A stretch of DNA of 64,000 nucleotides from SAR86 cluster bacterium (GTDB lineage: Bacteria; Pseudomonadota; Gammaproteobacteria; Magnimaribacterales; AG-339-G14), in contig JAOIHS010000004.1 in NCBI GenBank assembly GCA_028135785.1, positions 7,567 to 71,566 on the forward strand. Direction: 5' to 3'. Below, one piece after another: positions 43,635-55,200 of this stretch (within the stretch, counting starts at the first letter, position 1; the number at the start of each line of letters is the position of its first letter). Both the position numbers and the translations under genes were made by a program. Below the pieces are notes generated by a model. That model ran no database searches, was not told the DNA's origin, and saw only the letters and a list, made by a program, of their open reading frames with translations.

Positions 43635-44706
43635 ATCTATAAATATCAGAACCCAGTCTAAAAGTTATGAAGTTTTAATCGACGAAGGTTTAATAGATTC
43701 TTATGATTACAAATGGCTTGTTCAAGGCAAACAAATACTGATAGTAAGAGATAAAAATGTTCCTAATAAAATTTTAGAAAGCTTAAAAAAATCTTTAGGC
43801 AAATCTGAAGCTTATGAGGTATTTCATATTGATCTTGAAACCAATGAAAAAAATAAAAGTTTTGAAGGAATAATGCCCATATACACCCTGTTAAATGAAA
43901 AAAAATTTAATAGAGACTCATTAATAATAGGTTTGGGAGGCGGTATCACTACTGATATGGCAGGTTTTGTAGCATCAACTTATTTAAGAGGTGTTAATTT
44001 GATTCAAATTCCTACAACACTTCTTTCTCAAGTAGATGCTGCGATTGGCGGCAAAACTGGAATTAATTTTTCTGGTTCTAAAAATAATGTAGGTGCTTTT
44101 TATCAGCCAGAACTCGTATTAATGGACACATTGGTCTTGAAATCACTTCCAAAAAAAGATTTCTCTGCCGGTCTTGCTGAAATAATTAAACATTCTTTAA
44201 TTGCGGATAATAATTTATTTTTAAGACTTGAAAATATTTTTATTGAAGGAAAGAATCTTTCAGAAGAAGAATTAATTCAAATAATCTATGAGAGTTCGCT
44301 TATAAAAGCTTTTATTGTTTCAAATGATGAAAAAGAAAAAGGCGATCGAGCGCTTTTAAACTTTGGTCATACTTTTGGCCATGCGTTTGAAGGCTCTCAA
44401 TCATTGGATGGTTTCTCTCATGGAGAAGCCGTTGGTCTGGGAATGATATGCGCATCCAATCTATCTTTGTTGCTAGGAAATATTTCTCTAGAAGAATACC
44501 GAAGAATAACTGCTTTAATTAAATCAGTAGGTCTTCCTTTTGAAATCCCTGAAAATTTTGATATCGATGAATTTATGCAAGCGATGAGTAGAGATAAAAA
44601 GATTCTATCTAAAAAATTAAGATTTATAACGCTTAGAGGAATTGGAAAAGCTGAGATTACTGAAAATCATGACAAGGAGCTAATTTTAAAAAGTATTAAT
44701 CTCTAA
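43627..44706 (+). CDS. aroB: 3-dehydroquinate synthase
   Basis: GGGITTD, PTTLLSQVD, LNFGHTFGHA, HGEAV. Confidence 0.96.
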   Translation: MSKSINIRTQSKSYEVLIDEGLIDSYDYKWLVQGKQILIVRDKNVPNKILESLKKSLGKSEAYEVFHIDLETNEKNKSFEGIMPIYTLLNEKKFNRDSLIIGLGGGITTDMAGFVASTYLRGVNLIQIPTTLLSQVDAAIGGKTGINFSGSKNNVGAFYQPELVLMDTLVLKSLPKKDFSAGLAEIIKHSLIADNNLFLRLENIFIEGKNLSEEELIQIIYESSLIKAFIVSNDEKEKGDRALLNFGHTFGHAFEGSQSLDGFSHGEAVGLGMICASNLSLLLGNISLEEYRRITALIKSVGLPFEIPENFDIDEFMQAMSRDKKILSKKLRFITLRGIGKAEITENHDKELILKSINL

Positions 44707-44734
44707 AATTTATCATTTAAGGTATTTTAAGTTT

Positions 44735-44759
44735 AATTTGCACTCATTTAGTGCAAATT
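44735..44759. promoter_or_regulatory. Palindrome matching the NtrC-type site TGCAC-N7-GTGCA upstream of gltB
   Basis: AATTTGCACT-CATTT-AGTGCAAATT, perfect 10-bp arms; could alternatively be the aroB terminator. Confidence 0.5.
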
Positions 44760-44891
44760 TGAGCATTTTCATCATCGACATAAGTTTTTTTTACCGCTAA
44801 TATAATTCCATTAATGCATATCACATGCTTTAAAAGTGACGCATAGTCCATGCGTAAAAAGGGCATATTACTAAACCTGTCGAGGTAATGT

Positions 44892-47800
44892 GTGCCAAAA
44901 AAAAATATAAGAAAATATATTGAGCGCCCACTTAAAAATGGGCTTTATGATCCGCAATTTGAAAAAGATTCTTGCGGAGTTGGATTAGTGGCCAACATCA
45001 AAGGCGTTCCTTCTAGAGAGATAATGGAGGATGCCTACATTATTAATTCTAGAATGGATCATCGAGGTGGGTGTGGTTTCGAAGAAAATACCGGTGATGG
45101 AGCTGGTATTTTAATGGCCCTACCAGATCAATTTTTTCAAAAAGAAGCAAAAAAACTAAATTTAAACCTTCCTGGAAAGGGGCTCTATGCTGTTGGAAAT
45201 ATATTCCTGCCTCAAATGAAAAAATATAGAACTATTTGTAAATTAATTATTAAAAATATTATCGAAGAAGAAAATTTAGTTTTGGTGGGATGGAGAGAAG
45301 TTCCAGTTGATCCTATAGGAGCAAACGTAGGTCCAGCATCCAGGGATGCTCAACCATCTATTGAGCAACTTTTTGTAAAAGCTAAAAATTCTCAAGATTC
45401 TGATGACTTCGATAGAAAAATTTATTTAGTCAGAAAAAAATTCACACATAAGATTAAAAATGATTCCAAAATAAAACAAAACTCTATGTTTTTTGCGTGC
45501 AGTTTATCCTCTAAAGTAATCACTTATAAGGGAATGTTAACTCCTTCTCAGCTCTTTCCCTTCTATCCTGATTTAATGGATAAAGATTATCAAACTCATT
45601 TAGCAATGGTTCATTCAAGGTTTAGTACAAATACTTTTCCCTCATGGGATAGAGCGCAGCCAAATAGATATATGTGTCATAACGGAGAAATAAATACTCT
45701 CAAAGGTAATATGAACGCTATGAAAGCTAGACAAGGTGTAGCTAAGAGCGATGTCTACGGCTCAAAACTAAAAGAGCTTTTCCCTATATGTGAGCCAGAT
45801 TGTACTGATTCAGGAAGCTTTGATAATGTTTTAGAGTTTTTAATTTTGAATGGCAGAAGCTTAAAAGAATCTGTAATGATGATGATACCTGAAGCTTGGC
45901 AGTCAGATGCAAACATGCCAATTGAGAAAAAGAATTTTTATGAATACTCATCTGCATCTATGGAACCTTGGGATGGTCCTGCCTCTATTTGTTTTACTGA
46001 TGGAAAATGTGCTGGTGCGGTTTTAGATCGAAATGGTTTAAGGCCCAGCAGATTCTATGTGACGAAACAAGACAAGGTAATTATGGCATCCGAAGTGGGT
46101 GTATTAGATGTTGACCCTAAAGATGTTTTATTAAAAGGAAGGCTTCAGCCAGGAAAAATGTTTTTAATTGATTTTGAGGAAGGTCGAATGATCCCTGATG
46201 AGGAACTCAAATCAGAAATATGTAGCTCTAATCCTTATGGAAAATGGGTGTCTGAACAAATTGTTGATTTAAAAGATCTCACTAAAGGAATCAATCAAAA
46301 GTCAGTTGTTGGAAAAGATTTAATTGAAAGAATGAAGGCTTTTGGTTACACAACAGAAACTATGAATTTTATGCTTATGCCTTTAATTACAGAATTAAGA
46401 GACCCTTTAGGGTCTATGGGTAATGATGCAGCCTTAGCCTGTTTATCAGATAAGCCTAGATTGATTTTTGATTATTTCAAGCAGCTTTTTGCTCAAGTTA
46501 CTAACCCTGCAATCGATTCAATCAGGGAAGAGGTAATAATGTCTCTGGAATGTCTAATTGGGCCTGAGGGCAACCTTTTGTCTTCCAGTCCTGAAACGGC
46601 TCGTAGACTCAGACTGGAATCACCTATTCTTTCAGACATTGAGCTTGAAGGAATTAAAAAAGTTAAAAAAGGAAAATGGAAAACAAAAACGATTGATATT
46701 ACTTATCTTAAAAAAGATGGCACTCAGGGTATGAAAAAAGCTTTGAATAGAATTTGTAAAGAAGCAGATAAAGCCATCAAAGATAATTATTCTTTCATTG
46801 TTCTTTCCGATAGAGGCATTAATAAAGAAAAAGTTTCTATCAGCTCTTTAGTCGCTTGTTCAACTGTTCATCATCATTTAGTGAAATCTCAAAAAAGAAC
46901 CATGCTAGGTTTGGTTATAGAAACTGGTGAGGCTAGAGAGGTGCATCATCATTGCTTGCTGTTCGGTTATGGAGCTGATGCAGTAAATCCTTACCTAGCT
47001 TTTGAGTCTCTTTGGCAAGCAAAAGAAGATGGTCTTTTAAAAGCTACAAATATTAAATCATATGAAGATATTATCTTCGCTTACAAAAAAGCTGTAAGAA
47101 AGGGCATGATGAAAGTTATGGCTAAGATGGGAATTTCTACACTTCAGTCTTACAAGGGAGCACAAATTTTTGAAGCAGTCGGTTTATCTGATGAAATCAT
47201 AGAAAAAAGCTTCCCAGGAACCGCGAGTAGGGTTCAAGGGATTGGCTATGATGGATTAGCTAAAGAGTCTGAAAGACGCCATGATCTTGGATATCCTAAA
47301 GAAAAAAGTAACGTTACTTCTCTTACTAATAATGGAGATTTTCATTGGAGGAATGGTGGTGATTCTCATATGTGGGATCCAAAAACAATTTCTAGTCTGC
47401 AATTAGCTTCAAGAACTAATAATGAAGATGCTTATTGGGATTTTGCTAAGTACGCAAATGAAAATACTACAAAGAATAGTACTTTAAGAGGTTTATTAAA
47501 ATTTAAAACCAAACTGCAACCTTTAAACATAGATGACGTTGAATCAGAAAAAGAAATTGTAAAAAGATTTGCAACGGGTGCAATGAGTCTGGGGTCTATA
47601 TCTACAGAATCTCATGAATCTCTTGCTGTAGCGATGAATGAATTAGGTGGCAAATCCAACACAGGAGAAGGAGGTGAAGATCCAATAAGATTTAAGCCTT
47701 TAGATAATGGAGTCTCTAAAAGATCAGCGATTAAACAAGTTGCATCAGGTCGTTTTGGTGTAACTATGCATTACCTAACTAATTCTGATGAATTGCAAAT

Positions 47801-49454
47801 AAAAATCTCTCAAGGGGCTAAGCCAGGTGAAGGGGGCGAACTACCCGGTAAGAAAGTTGACGAATACATTGCAAAAATTAGGCACTCTACTCCTGGAGTT
47901 GGCCTTATAAGCCCTCCTCCTCATCATGATATTTATTCTATCGAGGATATGGCACAGCTTATTCATGATCTAAAAAATGCTAATAGGTCTTCTAGAATTA
48001 GTGTGAAGCTAGTTTCTGAAATAGGAGTTGGCACAATTGCGTCTGGAGTTGTCAAAGCTAAAACAGATCACTTAGTAATAGCTGGTCATGATGGTGGGAC
48101 TGGTGCATCGCCTTTAACTTCTATAAAGCATGCTGGACTTCCGTGGGAACTTGGAGTTGCTGAAACTCATCAAACTTTGGTAATGAATAATCTAAGATCT
48201 AGAGTGATATTACAAACTGACGGTCAATTAAAAACTGGAAGAGATGTCGCTATAGCTGCTTTATTAGGAGCTGAAGAATTTGGCTTTGCTACGGCTCCAC
48301 TAGTAACTCTTGGTTGCATAATGATGAGAAAATGTCATCTAAATACTTGTCCAGTTGGAATTGCTACACAAGATAAGGAGTTAAGAAAGAAATTTAAAGG
48401 TAAGCCCGAGCATGTTGTAAATTATTTATTCATGGTCGCCAAAGACTTGAGAAGTATTATGGCAGAGCTAGGTTTTAAAACTGTCGATGAAATGATCGGC
48501 AGAGTAGATTGTCTTGAAGCTGATAGTGCAATTGATCACTGGAAAAGAAAGGGTCTTGATTTCTCAAATATTCTTAAGCCAGCTGAAAAAATATTTGAAA
48601 ATACTGAAGTCTACAACACTGTGCAACAGGATCATGGACTGGATAAAGCACTGGATAATAAGTTAATTACTGAAGCTAAAAGTGCGATAGAAAAAGGTAA
48701 AAAGGTTTCAATAGAATCTCCAATTGTGAATATCAATAGAGTGGTTGGAACAATGTTGTCAAATGAAGTCACCAAAGTATGGGAAGCCGCGGGTTTACCT
48801 GAAGATACAATCAATATAAAGCTCAATGGGTCTGCAGGCCAAAGTTTAGCTGCTTGGCTTGTAAAAGGGATCACGATGACTCTTGAAGGTGATGCTAATG
48901 ATTTTGTAGGCAAAGGTCTTTCTGGTGGAAAACTAATAATTTATCCTCCTAAAGACAGTTCGTTTAAAGCCGAAGATAATATGCTACTTGGTAATGTCGC
49001 ATTATATGGTGCTACTCAAGGTGAGGCATATTTTCGAGGTATAGCTGCAGAGAGATTTTGTGTTAGAAATAGTGGAGCGAAAGTGGTTGTGGAAGGAATC
49101 GGAGATCATGGGTGTGAATATATGACTGGAGGCAAAGCAGTGATTTTAGGTCCGACAGGAAGAAACTTCGGGGCGGGTATGAGTGGTGGAGAGGCTTTTG
49201 TTTATGATCCGAAAAATGAATTTGAAAGCAAATGCAATATGGACACATTTGAATTAGAAAAAGTTGATGTTAAGGAAGATATAGCTGAACTAAAAAATCT
49301 TATAGAAAGGCATTTAGACTATACCGGCTCAGAAATAGCTAAAAATATTCTTAATGACTGGGCAGAACAAATTAAACTTTTTACTAAAGTCATGCCAACT
49401 GATTATAAAAGAGTTCTGGCTGAAATGGATCAAAAAAAGAAGGAGGCTGTCTAA
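44892..49454 (+). CDS. gltB: Glutamate synthase large subunit
   Basis: DSCGVG processing site, HSRFSTNT, QGAKPGEGG, CHLNTCP; GTG after GAGGT. Confidence 0.98.
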   Translation: MPKKNIRKYIERPLKNGLYDPQFEKDSCGVGLVANIKGVPSREIMEDAYIINSRMDHRGGCGFEENTGDGAGILMALPDQFFQKEAKKLNLNLPGKGLYAVGNIFLPQMKKYRTICKLIIKNIIEEENLVLVGWREVPVDPIGANVGPASRDAQPSIEQLFVKAKNSQDSDDFDRKIYLVRKKFTHKIKNDSKIKQNSMFFACSLSSKVITYKGMLTPSQLFPFYPDLMDKDYQTHLAMVHSRFSTNTFPSWDRAQPNRYMCHNGEINTLKGNMNAMKARQGVAKSDVYGSKLKELFPICEPDCTDSGSFDNVLEFLILNGRSLKESVMMMIPEAWQSDANMPIEKKNFYEYSSASMEPWDGPASICFTDGKCAGAVLDRNGLRPSRFYVTKQDKVIMASEVGVLDVDPKDVLLKGRLQPGKMFLIDFEEGRMIPDEELKSEICSSNPYGKWVSEQIVDLKDLTKGINQKSVVGKDLIERMKAFGYTTETMNFMLMPLITELRDPLGSMGNDAALACLSDKPRLIFDYFKQLFAQVTNPAIDSIREEVIMSLECLIGPEGNLLSSSPETARRLRLESPILSDIELEGIKKVKKGKWKTKTIDITYLKKDGTQGMKKALNRICKEADKAIKDNYSFIVLSDRGINKEKVSISSLVACSTVHHHLVKSQKRTMLGLVIETGEAREVHHHCLLFGYGADAVNPYLAFESLWQAKEDGLLKATNIKSYEDIIFAYKKAVRKGMMKVMAKMGISTLQSYKGAQIFEAVGLSDEIIEKSFPGTASRVQGIGYDGLAKESERRHDLGYPKEKSNVTSLTNNGDFHWRNGGDSHMWDPKTISSLQLASRTNNEDAYWDFAKYANENTTKNSTLRGLLKFKTKLQPLNIDDVESEKEIVKRFATGAMSLGSISTESHESLAVAMNELGGKSNTGEGGEDPIRFKPLDNGVSKRSAIKQVASGRFGVTMHYLTNSDELQIKISQGAKPGEGGELPGKKVDEYIAKIRHSTPGVGLISPPPHHDIYSIEDMAQLIHDLKNANRSSRISVKLVSEIGVGTIASGVVKAKTDHLVIAGHDGGTGASPLTSIKHAGLPWELGVAETHQTLVMNNLRSRVILQTDGQLKTGRDVAIAALLGAEEFGFATAPLVTLGCIMMRKCHLNTCPVGIATQDKELRKKFKGKPEHVVNYLFMVAKDLRSIMAELGFKTVDEMIGRVDCLEADSAIDHWKRKGLDFSNILKPAEKIFENTEVYNTVQQDHGLDKALDNKLITEAKSAIEKGKKVSIESPIVNINRVVGTMLSNEVTKVWEAAGLPEDTINIKLNGSAGQSLAAWLVKGITMTLEGDANDFVGKGLSGGKLIIYPPKDSSFKAEDNMLLGNVALYGATQGEAYFRGIAAERFCVRNSGAKVVVEGIGDHGCEYMTGGKAVILGPTGRNFGAGMSGGEAFVYDPKNEFESKCNMDTFELEKVDVKEDIAELKNLIERHLDYTGSEIAKNILNDWAEQIKLFTKVMPTDYKRVLAEMDQKKKEAV

Positions 49455-50906
49455 ATGGGAAAACCAACTGGCTTTAAAGAATTTTCGAGGGCTGTAGAGC
49501 CTTATAGAGCTCCTAGCGAAAGAGTTTTAGATTTCAAAGAAATTTATACAAATCATGAAGATAAAGGACTTGAAACTCAAGCATCTCGTTGCATGGACTG
49601 TGGAGTGCCCTTCTGCCAATCTGATGAAGGCTGCCCTGTTTATAATTTGATTCCCGAATGGAACGATCTTGTCTATAACAATAAATGGGAAGAGGCTTTT
49701 CAAAGACTGATGAAAACCAATAATTTTCCAGAAGTGACTGGTCGAGTTTGTCCGGCAGTCTGTGAGGGAGCATGCGTTCTAGGAATTACCGAAAGTCCAG
49801 TAGCGATTAAGAATCTAGAATTTGCTATAGCTGATAAAGGTTTTCAATCAGGATGGTTAAAACCTAACATTCCTAAAAAAAGAACAGGCAAAACGATAGC
49901 AATTGTAGGTTCAGGGCCAGCTGGATTATCAGCTGCTCAGCAACTCAATAGCGTAGGTCATAAAATAAATGTATACGAACGAGCAGATAGAATTGGTGGA
50001 TTAATGATGTATGGAATTCCCAATATGAAGATGGATAAATCATTGATGGATATTCGTTTGGATATAATGAAAACTGAAGGAATAAAGTTTTTTACCAATA
50101 CGGACGTGGGCGGCTCCTCTAAAAATTCTATAGCTACCGAAAAATTACTCAAAGACAATGATATTATTTTATTCGCCACTGGCGCGACGAAACCCAGAGA
50201 TCTTCCAATTCCTGGAAGAAAAGGAGACGGCGTCCATTTTGCCATGGAGTTCTTAAGTTCTAATACAAAAAGCCTACTAGACAGTGATTTGAAGGATGAT
50301 AGCTTCATTAATGCTAAAGGCAAAGACGTCATTGTAATCGGTGGAGGTGATACTGGAAATGATTGCATTGGAACGTCACTCAGACACGGCTGTAAATCTT
50401 TAACTAACTTTGAGATCATGGCTAAGCCGCCTGAAGAAAGAGCCGATAATAATCCTTGGCCACTTTTTCCAAGAATTTATAAAGTGGATTATGGTCATGA
50501 AGAATCTGCTGAAGTCTTTGGTAAAGATCCGAGAGAATATTCAGTTTCAGGTAAAGAGTTTTTAAGAGATGAAAATGGAAATCTCATAGGGATCAAGACC
50601 GTAGAAGTGGATTCTAAATTTCAAGAAATAGAAGGCACTGAAAAAGAATGGAAAGCTGATTTGATATTTTTAGCTATGGGCTTTTTAGGCCCCGAGGATT
50701 ACGTTAATAAAAAAACAAAAGTTGCTTTAGATGAAAGAAGTAACTTTAAGGCTGAGCACAACATACATAAAACTTCTCATCCTAAAATTTTTGCAGCAGG
50801 CGATTGCCGAAGGGGTCAGTCATTAGTAGTATGGGCTATAAATGAGGGTAGAGCTGCGGCCAGAGAAGTAGACCTGCATCTGATGGGTGTCACAACCTTA
50901 GAATAA
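49455..50906 (+). CDS. gltD: Glutamate synthase small subunit
   Basis: MGKPTGF, RCMDCGVPFC, GSGPAG, GQSLVVWA. Confidence 0.97.
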   Translation: MGKPTGFKEFSRAVEPYRAPSERVLDFKEIYTNHEDKGLETQASRCMDCGVPFCQSDEGCPVYNLIPEWNDLVYNNKWEEAFQRLMKTNNFPEVTGRVCPAVCEGACVLGITESPVAIKNLEFAIADKGFQSGWLKPNIPKKRTGKTIAIVGSGPAGLSAAQQLNSVGHKINVYERADRIGGLMMYGIPNMKMDKSLMDIRLDIMKTEGIKFFTNTDVGGSSKNSIATEKLLKDNDIILFATGATKPRDLPIPGRKGDGVHFAMEFLSSNTKSLLDSDLKDDSFINAKGKDVIVIGGGDTGNDCIGTSLRHGCKSLTNFEIMAKPPEERADNNPWPLFPRIYKVDYGHEESAEVFGKDPREYSVSGKEFLRDENGNLIGIKTVEVDSKFQEIEGTEKEWKADLIFLAMGFLGPEDYVNKKTKVALDERSNFKAEHNIHKTSHPKIFAAGDCRRGQSLVVWAINEGRAAAREVDLHLMGVTTLE

Positions 50907-50909
50907 TTG

Positions 50910-52121
50910 TTAAATTTGATCCCAAGCCGGGAATGGATCCTCTAAAGTTTCCCAATATTCTCTTCCTTTTAAAACCTCTGCTTAAGTTAATAGGCACTCA
51001 TCAAGTTTTTGTATCATTTTTTTCTGATTCAAACTTTGACCTATAAAAACCAATTCTTGTCGCATATCCCCAAAAGGTTCTATCCATTGCTTTTCAATCG
51101 AAGCTAGATACTCCTCATCTTCAGGCCAATCTTTTTTAGGTACAGCCTTCCAAAACAAGCCAGCAAAACCATATCGGGCGATCCCTCCAGCCTGACTCCA
51201 CTGACCTGCATATTCAGGACGAGTGGCTAGCCAAAAAAATCCTTTAGAGCGGATCAATTTTCCGTATTGTTTGGTGTTGTGCAAAAACTCATGAAATCTA
51301 TCAGGATGGAAAGGTCTTCGCGCTTCATAACAAAAGCTACCGATGCCATATTCTTCGGTCTCTGGAATATGTTCGCCACGCATTTCTTTTAACCACCCTG
51401 GTGCTTGTCGAGCGCGCTCTAAATCAAATAGTCCGGTATTAAGTACTTTACCGATCTCAACATTACCTTGCACAATTGGCAGAATTTTGGCTCCAGTATT
51501 GAGAGTTTTGAGAATTGCTTTTAAGCGCTCGATATCTTCAAAGCTTACTAAATCAGTTTTACTAATCAAAATTAAATCAGCGAATTCAACTTGATCAACC
51601 AATAAGTCAGCGACACTGCGTTCATCGTCTTCACCTAAAGACTCACCCTTGTCTTTTAAATATTTGGCTTCTTGATAATCTTTTAAAAAATTAACCGCAT
51701 CCACAACCGTTATCATCGTATCAAGCTCAGCTACATCGGATAGGGAAACTCCTTTCTCGTCGGCAAAGGTAAATGTTTCAGCAACTGGCAGAGGTTCTGA
51801 TATGCCAGTCGATTCTATGACCAGATAATCAAAACGTCCTTCCTTGGCTAGTTTATTTACTTCTTCCAAGAGATCTTCTCGGAGAGTACAACAGATACAA
51901 CCATTACTCATTTCAATTAGCTTTTCTTCGATGTGATTTAACGAAACTTCATTTTTGACTGTAACAGCATCTATGTTAATTTCACTCATGTCGTTGACTA
52001 TCACAGCAACTTTTTTGTTTTCACGGTTGTTAAGAATGTGGCTAAGCACAGTCGTTTTACCGGCACCCAAAAATCCGGAAAGAACCGTTACAGGCAATTT
52101 TTTTAAAGCAGAGATTTCCAT
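50910..52121 (-). CDS. zigA: COG0523/CobW-family zinc metallochaperone GTPase (ZigA-like) with in-frame TAA at 50982-50984
   Basis: [34 protein letters not shown]; conserved-looking tail [11 protein letters not shown] continues in frame beyond the stop. Confidence 0.85.
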
Positions 52122-52179
52122 TTTTAACTTCTAAAGTATTAATTCAATAATAATATCAAACTTGTCAAGTGCCTTTTTG

Positions 52180-52212
52180 AAAAAAAAAGACCCCTTCTTG
52201 AAGGGGCCTTTC
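52180..52212 (-). terminator. Rho-independent terminator of second TBDR gene
   Basis: Minus strand GGCCCCTTC-AA-GAAGGGGTC followed by a long T run. Confidence 0.85.
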
Positions 52213-52232
52213 TTAAGATTAAAAAACTATCT

Positions 52233-55200
52233 TTACTGCATGCGATAAGTAAATCCAGCTTTAATAAACCTTCCTAATGGACTGTGAGTATTAGGATCAT
52301 AGTTCATTTCCCAAACAGTAAATGGAGGCATCTCATCTAGCATATTGTAAACTGATAAAGAAAGATCAAATTGATCATCCATAGTATATGTGTATGTAGC
52401 ATCTACAGAAACCATATCGCCAATAACTGTACAAATACCTTCAGCATCCAAGACTTTACTACACCCAGCACCTGTTGCTCTTCTATCATCGTAAGATGAA
52501 ATATAGTTAACCGCACCATATACATTGTGGATGTTATCTGTGTAGCTCACAAAAGCTTTGGCTTTTCTAGAAGGCATAGACCTGCAAGTATTTTCAATAT
52601 TAAAATATCCTGCACATTCATAAGCTGCAGCTATTTGGACAGATCCTTTCATGTAAGCAGCTACCGAATATTCTAAGATTTCGTTTGCTTCTATACCAGC
52701 CGCTAAACTACCGTTTGCAATATCCATTTCATATTGAACAAATAAATCAATACCGTTTGTGTTGGTTTCAGGTCCGTTAATGTAGTTAGATTGAATCCTA
52801 GCTACGTTTCCTGCAGCACCTGAACCATCAGCTACAAGCCCTCCTGCTCCATCTGGAGTGAAAATCTGGCCTTGAACAGCTGCTTTAGCTGCACCGCCAG
52901 CAGCATAAGCATTCACTAGCTGTTGGTGATTTTCAAAGATGATTGGATTTTTAAAGTTAAAGTCGTAAAAATCCAATGTCGCTGACCAATTATCAGTTCC
53001 AAAATCTGTTACTAGACCAACGTTAAAAGTTGTAGCTTCTTCTGGTGAAAGATTTTTATTTCCAGTTATGTCTACTCCCTTAAAGGCACCTGCTTGATTA
53101 ACATAAGACAACGCTGTAACTCTTGTGTTTGAGGTTTCATCTGGATGAGGCGCTCTAAATGTAGTTTGTCCAGTGAATCTCATAGTTAGAGAATCCATAG
53201 GCGAATAACGCACGACTAATTTAGGATCCAAAGTAGAATCAGTGCCATAATCTTCGTATCTTAAGCCTATTTGCATATCAAGTGCATCGTTAATAGGTAG
53301 TGCTAACTCACCGAAAAATGCATCAATATTTTGATCTTGGTCAACATCAAAAGTTGGTGCCAAGAACATAAACAAACCTACAGGGTTTGCAGCACATGCT
53401 GCTCTTCCACTCTCTGTTGCATTATTTGCGGGAATATCACAAGGATAAAGTGTACCGTTATGAATATTTGTGTTGGCATTGTTTGCAGTAGGTCCAGCTC
53501 TATTTGGTGTGAAAGTTGTGATATTGTATTCACGTCTTTCATAACCTAAAGCCCATGCAGCATCTCCACCGTCTAATTCAAAATTAGAATAGTTTCCTTG
53601 TACTATGAAATCAGCAGTTAAAAGAGTTGATTCGGAAACGGTAATTCTTTGATCTATCAGCCATCTCAACATCTCTGTCGTGTTAGCTAAAGAAGCTGTG
53701 TAATCTGGGTTTACAGCAACTCTTTGTCCTGTAGTAAAATCACGTTGCTGTCCTTGTTGAACTCCATTTGAAAGAGGATTGTAATAATTACAGCCAGTTG
53801 GCCTAGAAGTTCCTTGAACTGTTGAAGCAGCAATAGCAGCGCCTGTAGATTTTACTTTAAAAGTTGGCGTTAAGTCACTTGTGCTTGTTGTAAGTCCAGT
53901 TAATTCAACATCACAACTTGGTCCACCATAGCCCCATAAGGATGATAGAAATTTGTGTTGTTGTGTATCTGAAGAGGTGGTTTCTCCTTCACTAGTTGAA
54001 TAATTTAAACTTGTAGAATACTGAATGTCATCAGTTAAATCGCCTTCAAAAGCTCCTGCAATTCTAAAGGTATCATATTCTCTAGATTCCGTTTGAGCGC
54101 CTCTAGCACTTCCAAATGGATTACCTGCAGCTGCCATAGCTCTAATTCTAAGTCTGTGAATATCTGCTCTATCAGTTCCATCTCCTCCATAATTAGTATT
54201 TATCAAGGCAGTACAGAAAGCTGCGTAGTCAGTACATAACTGAGTCATAGCTGGATGATTATCAGGCATCGTATTACTGGCCGGATTATTTGGCGGATAA
54301 GAAGGAGAAGTTGCCCAGTGAGGAACGTCTGTATTTCCGTACAGGAATTCAACATGGAAATCATGACCATTTATATCTCCATTTGCTTCCATCCATAATT
54401 GAGTATTTTCTTGTTCTTCTTGAACGTTATCAAAATAAGAATATTGATATCTACAAATTCCAGCTAAAGAGGCATGATCAGCTACTGAAGTTCCGAAGCC
54501 TCCCAAAGCAGTGTTTGTTCCACCGGCATTATTACAACCAGGATCACTTAGCATTGAAAAGTTTCCTAGTCCTAAAGCTGCATTACTAGCTCCATCAGGA
54601 TGAACAAATGTTCCTGGATTTCCCATTGTTGACCAACCGCCCTTATCACTTGCAGAAAAAGGCTTAATTGCATAGGAAGTATCTCTTGCAGCAAGCTGAC
54701 CTTTGAATTGATAACCTAATGATGCTACGAAATTCGTGTCTCCTATTAAAGTTCCATAAGTTAAAGAAAACTCTTGCGACTCGTCGTCAGCATCAGGAAT
54801 ACTTTTTCCGGCAAAATTTGCCTTGAACCCTTCAAAGGTTGAGTCAGTAATAAAATTAACTACACCAGAAATAGCATCTGAACCATATGTCGCTGCTGCA
54901 CCCTCTTTTAAAATTTCAACTGATCTTAGAGCAGCCATTGGAATATCATGGAGGTTTACTGATCTTCCAGCACCGGTGCTTAAGGGAGCTGTAACTTGTC
55001 TTTTTCCGTTAATAAGCACTAAAGTACGTTGAGTACCCAGTCCTCTTAAATTTATGTTTGATAATCCTTCAGCTCCATTTGATCCGAATTGGTTTGATTC
55101 ACCATCGACACCAGAACTTCCTGGAACCATTTTTATGAGTTCTACAATATTAAGATTTCCTTGTGACTCTATGGTATCAGAATCAATTTTTTGGATAGGT

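Noticed and set aside
50982-50984. Alternative genetic code or selenocysteine readthrough
   Set aside because: The codon is TAA, the commonest true stop in this window; a single case
52122-52175. Zur box or sigma70 promoter upstream of the COG0523 gene
   Set aside because: TTGACA is present but without a well-spaced -10 or convincing Zur palindrome
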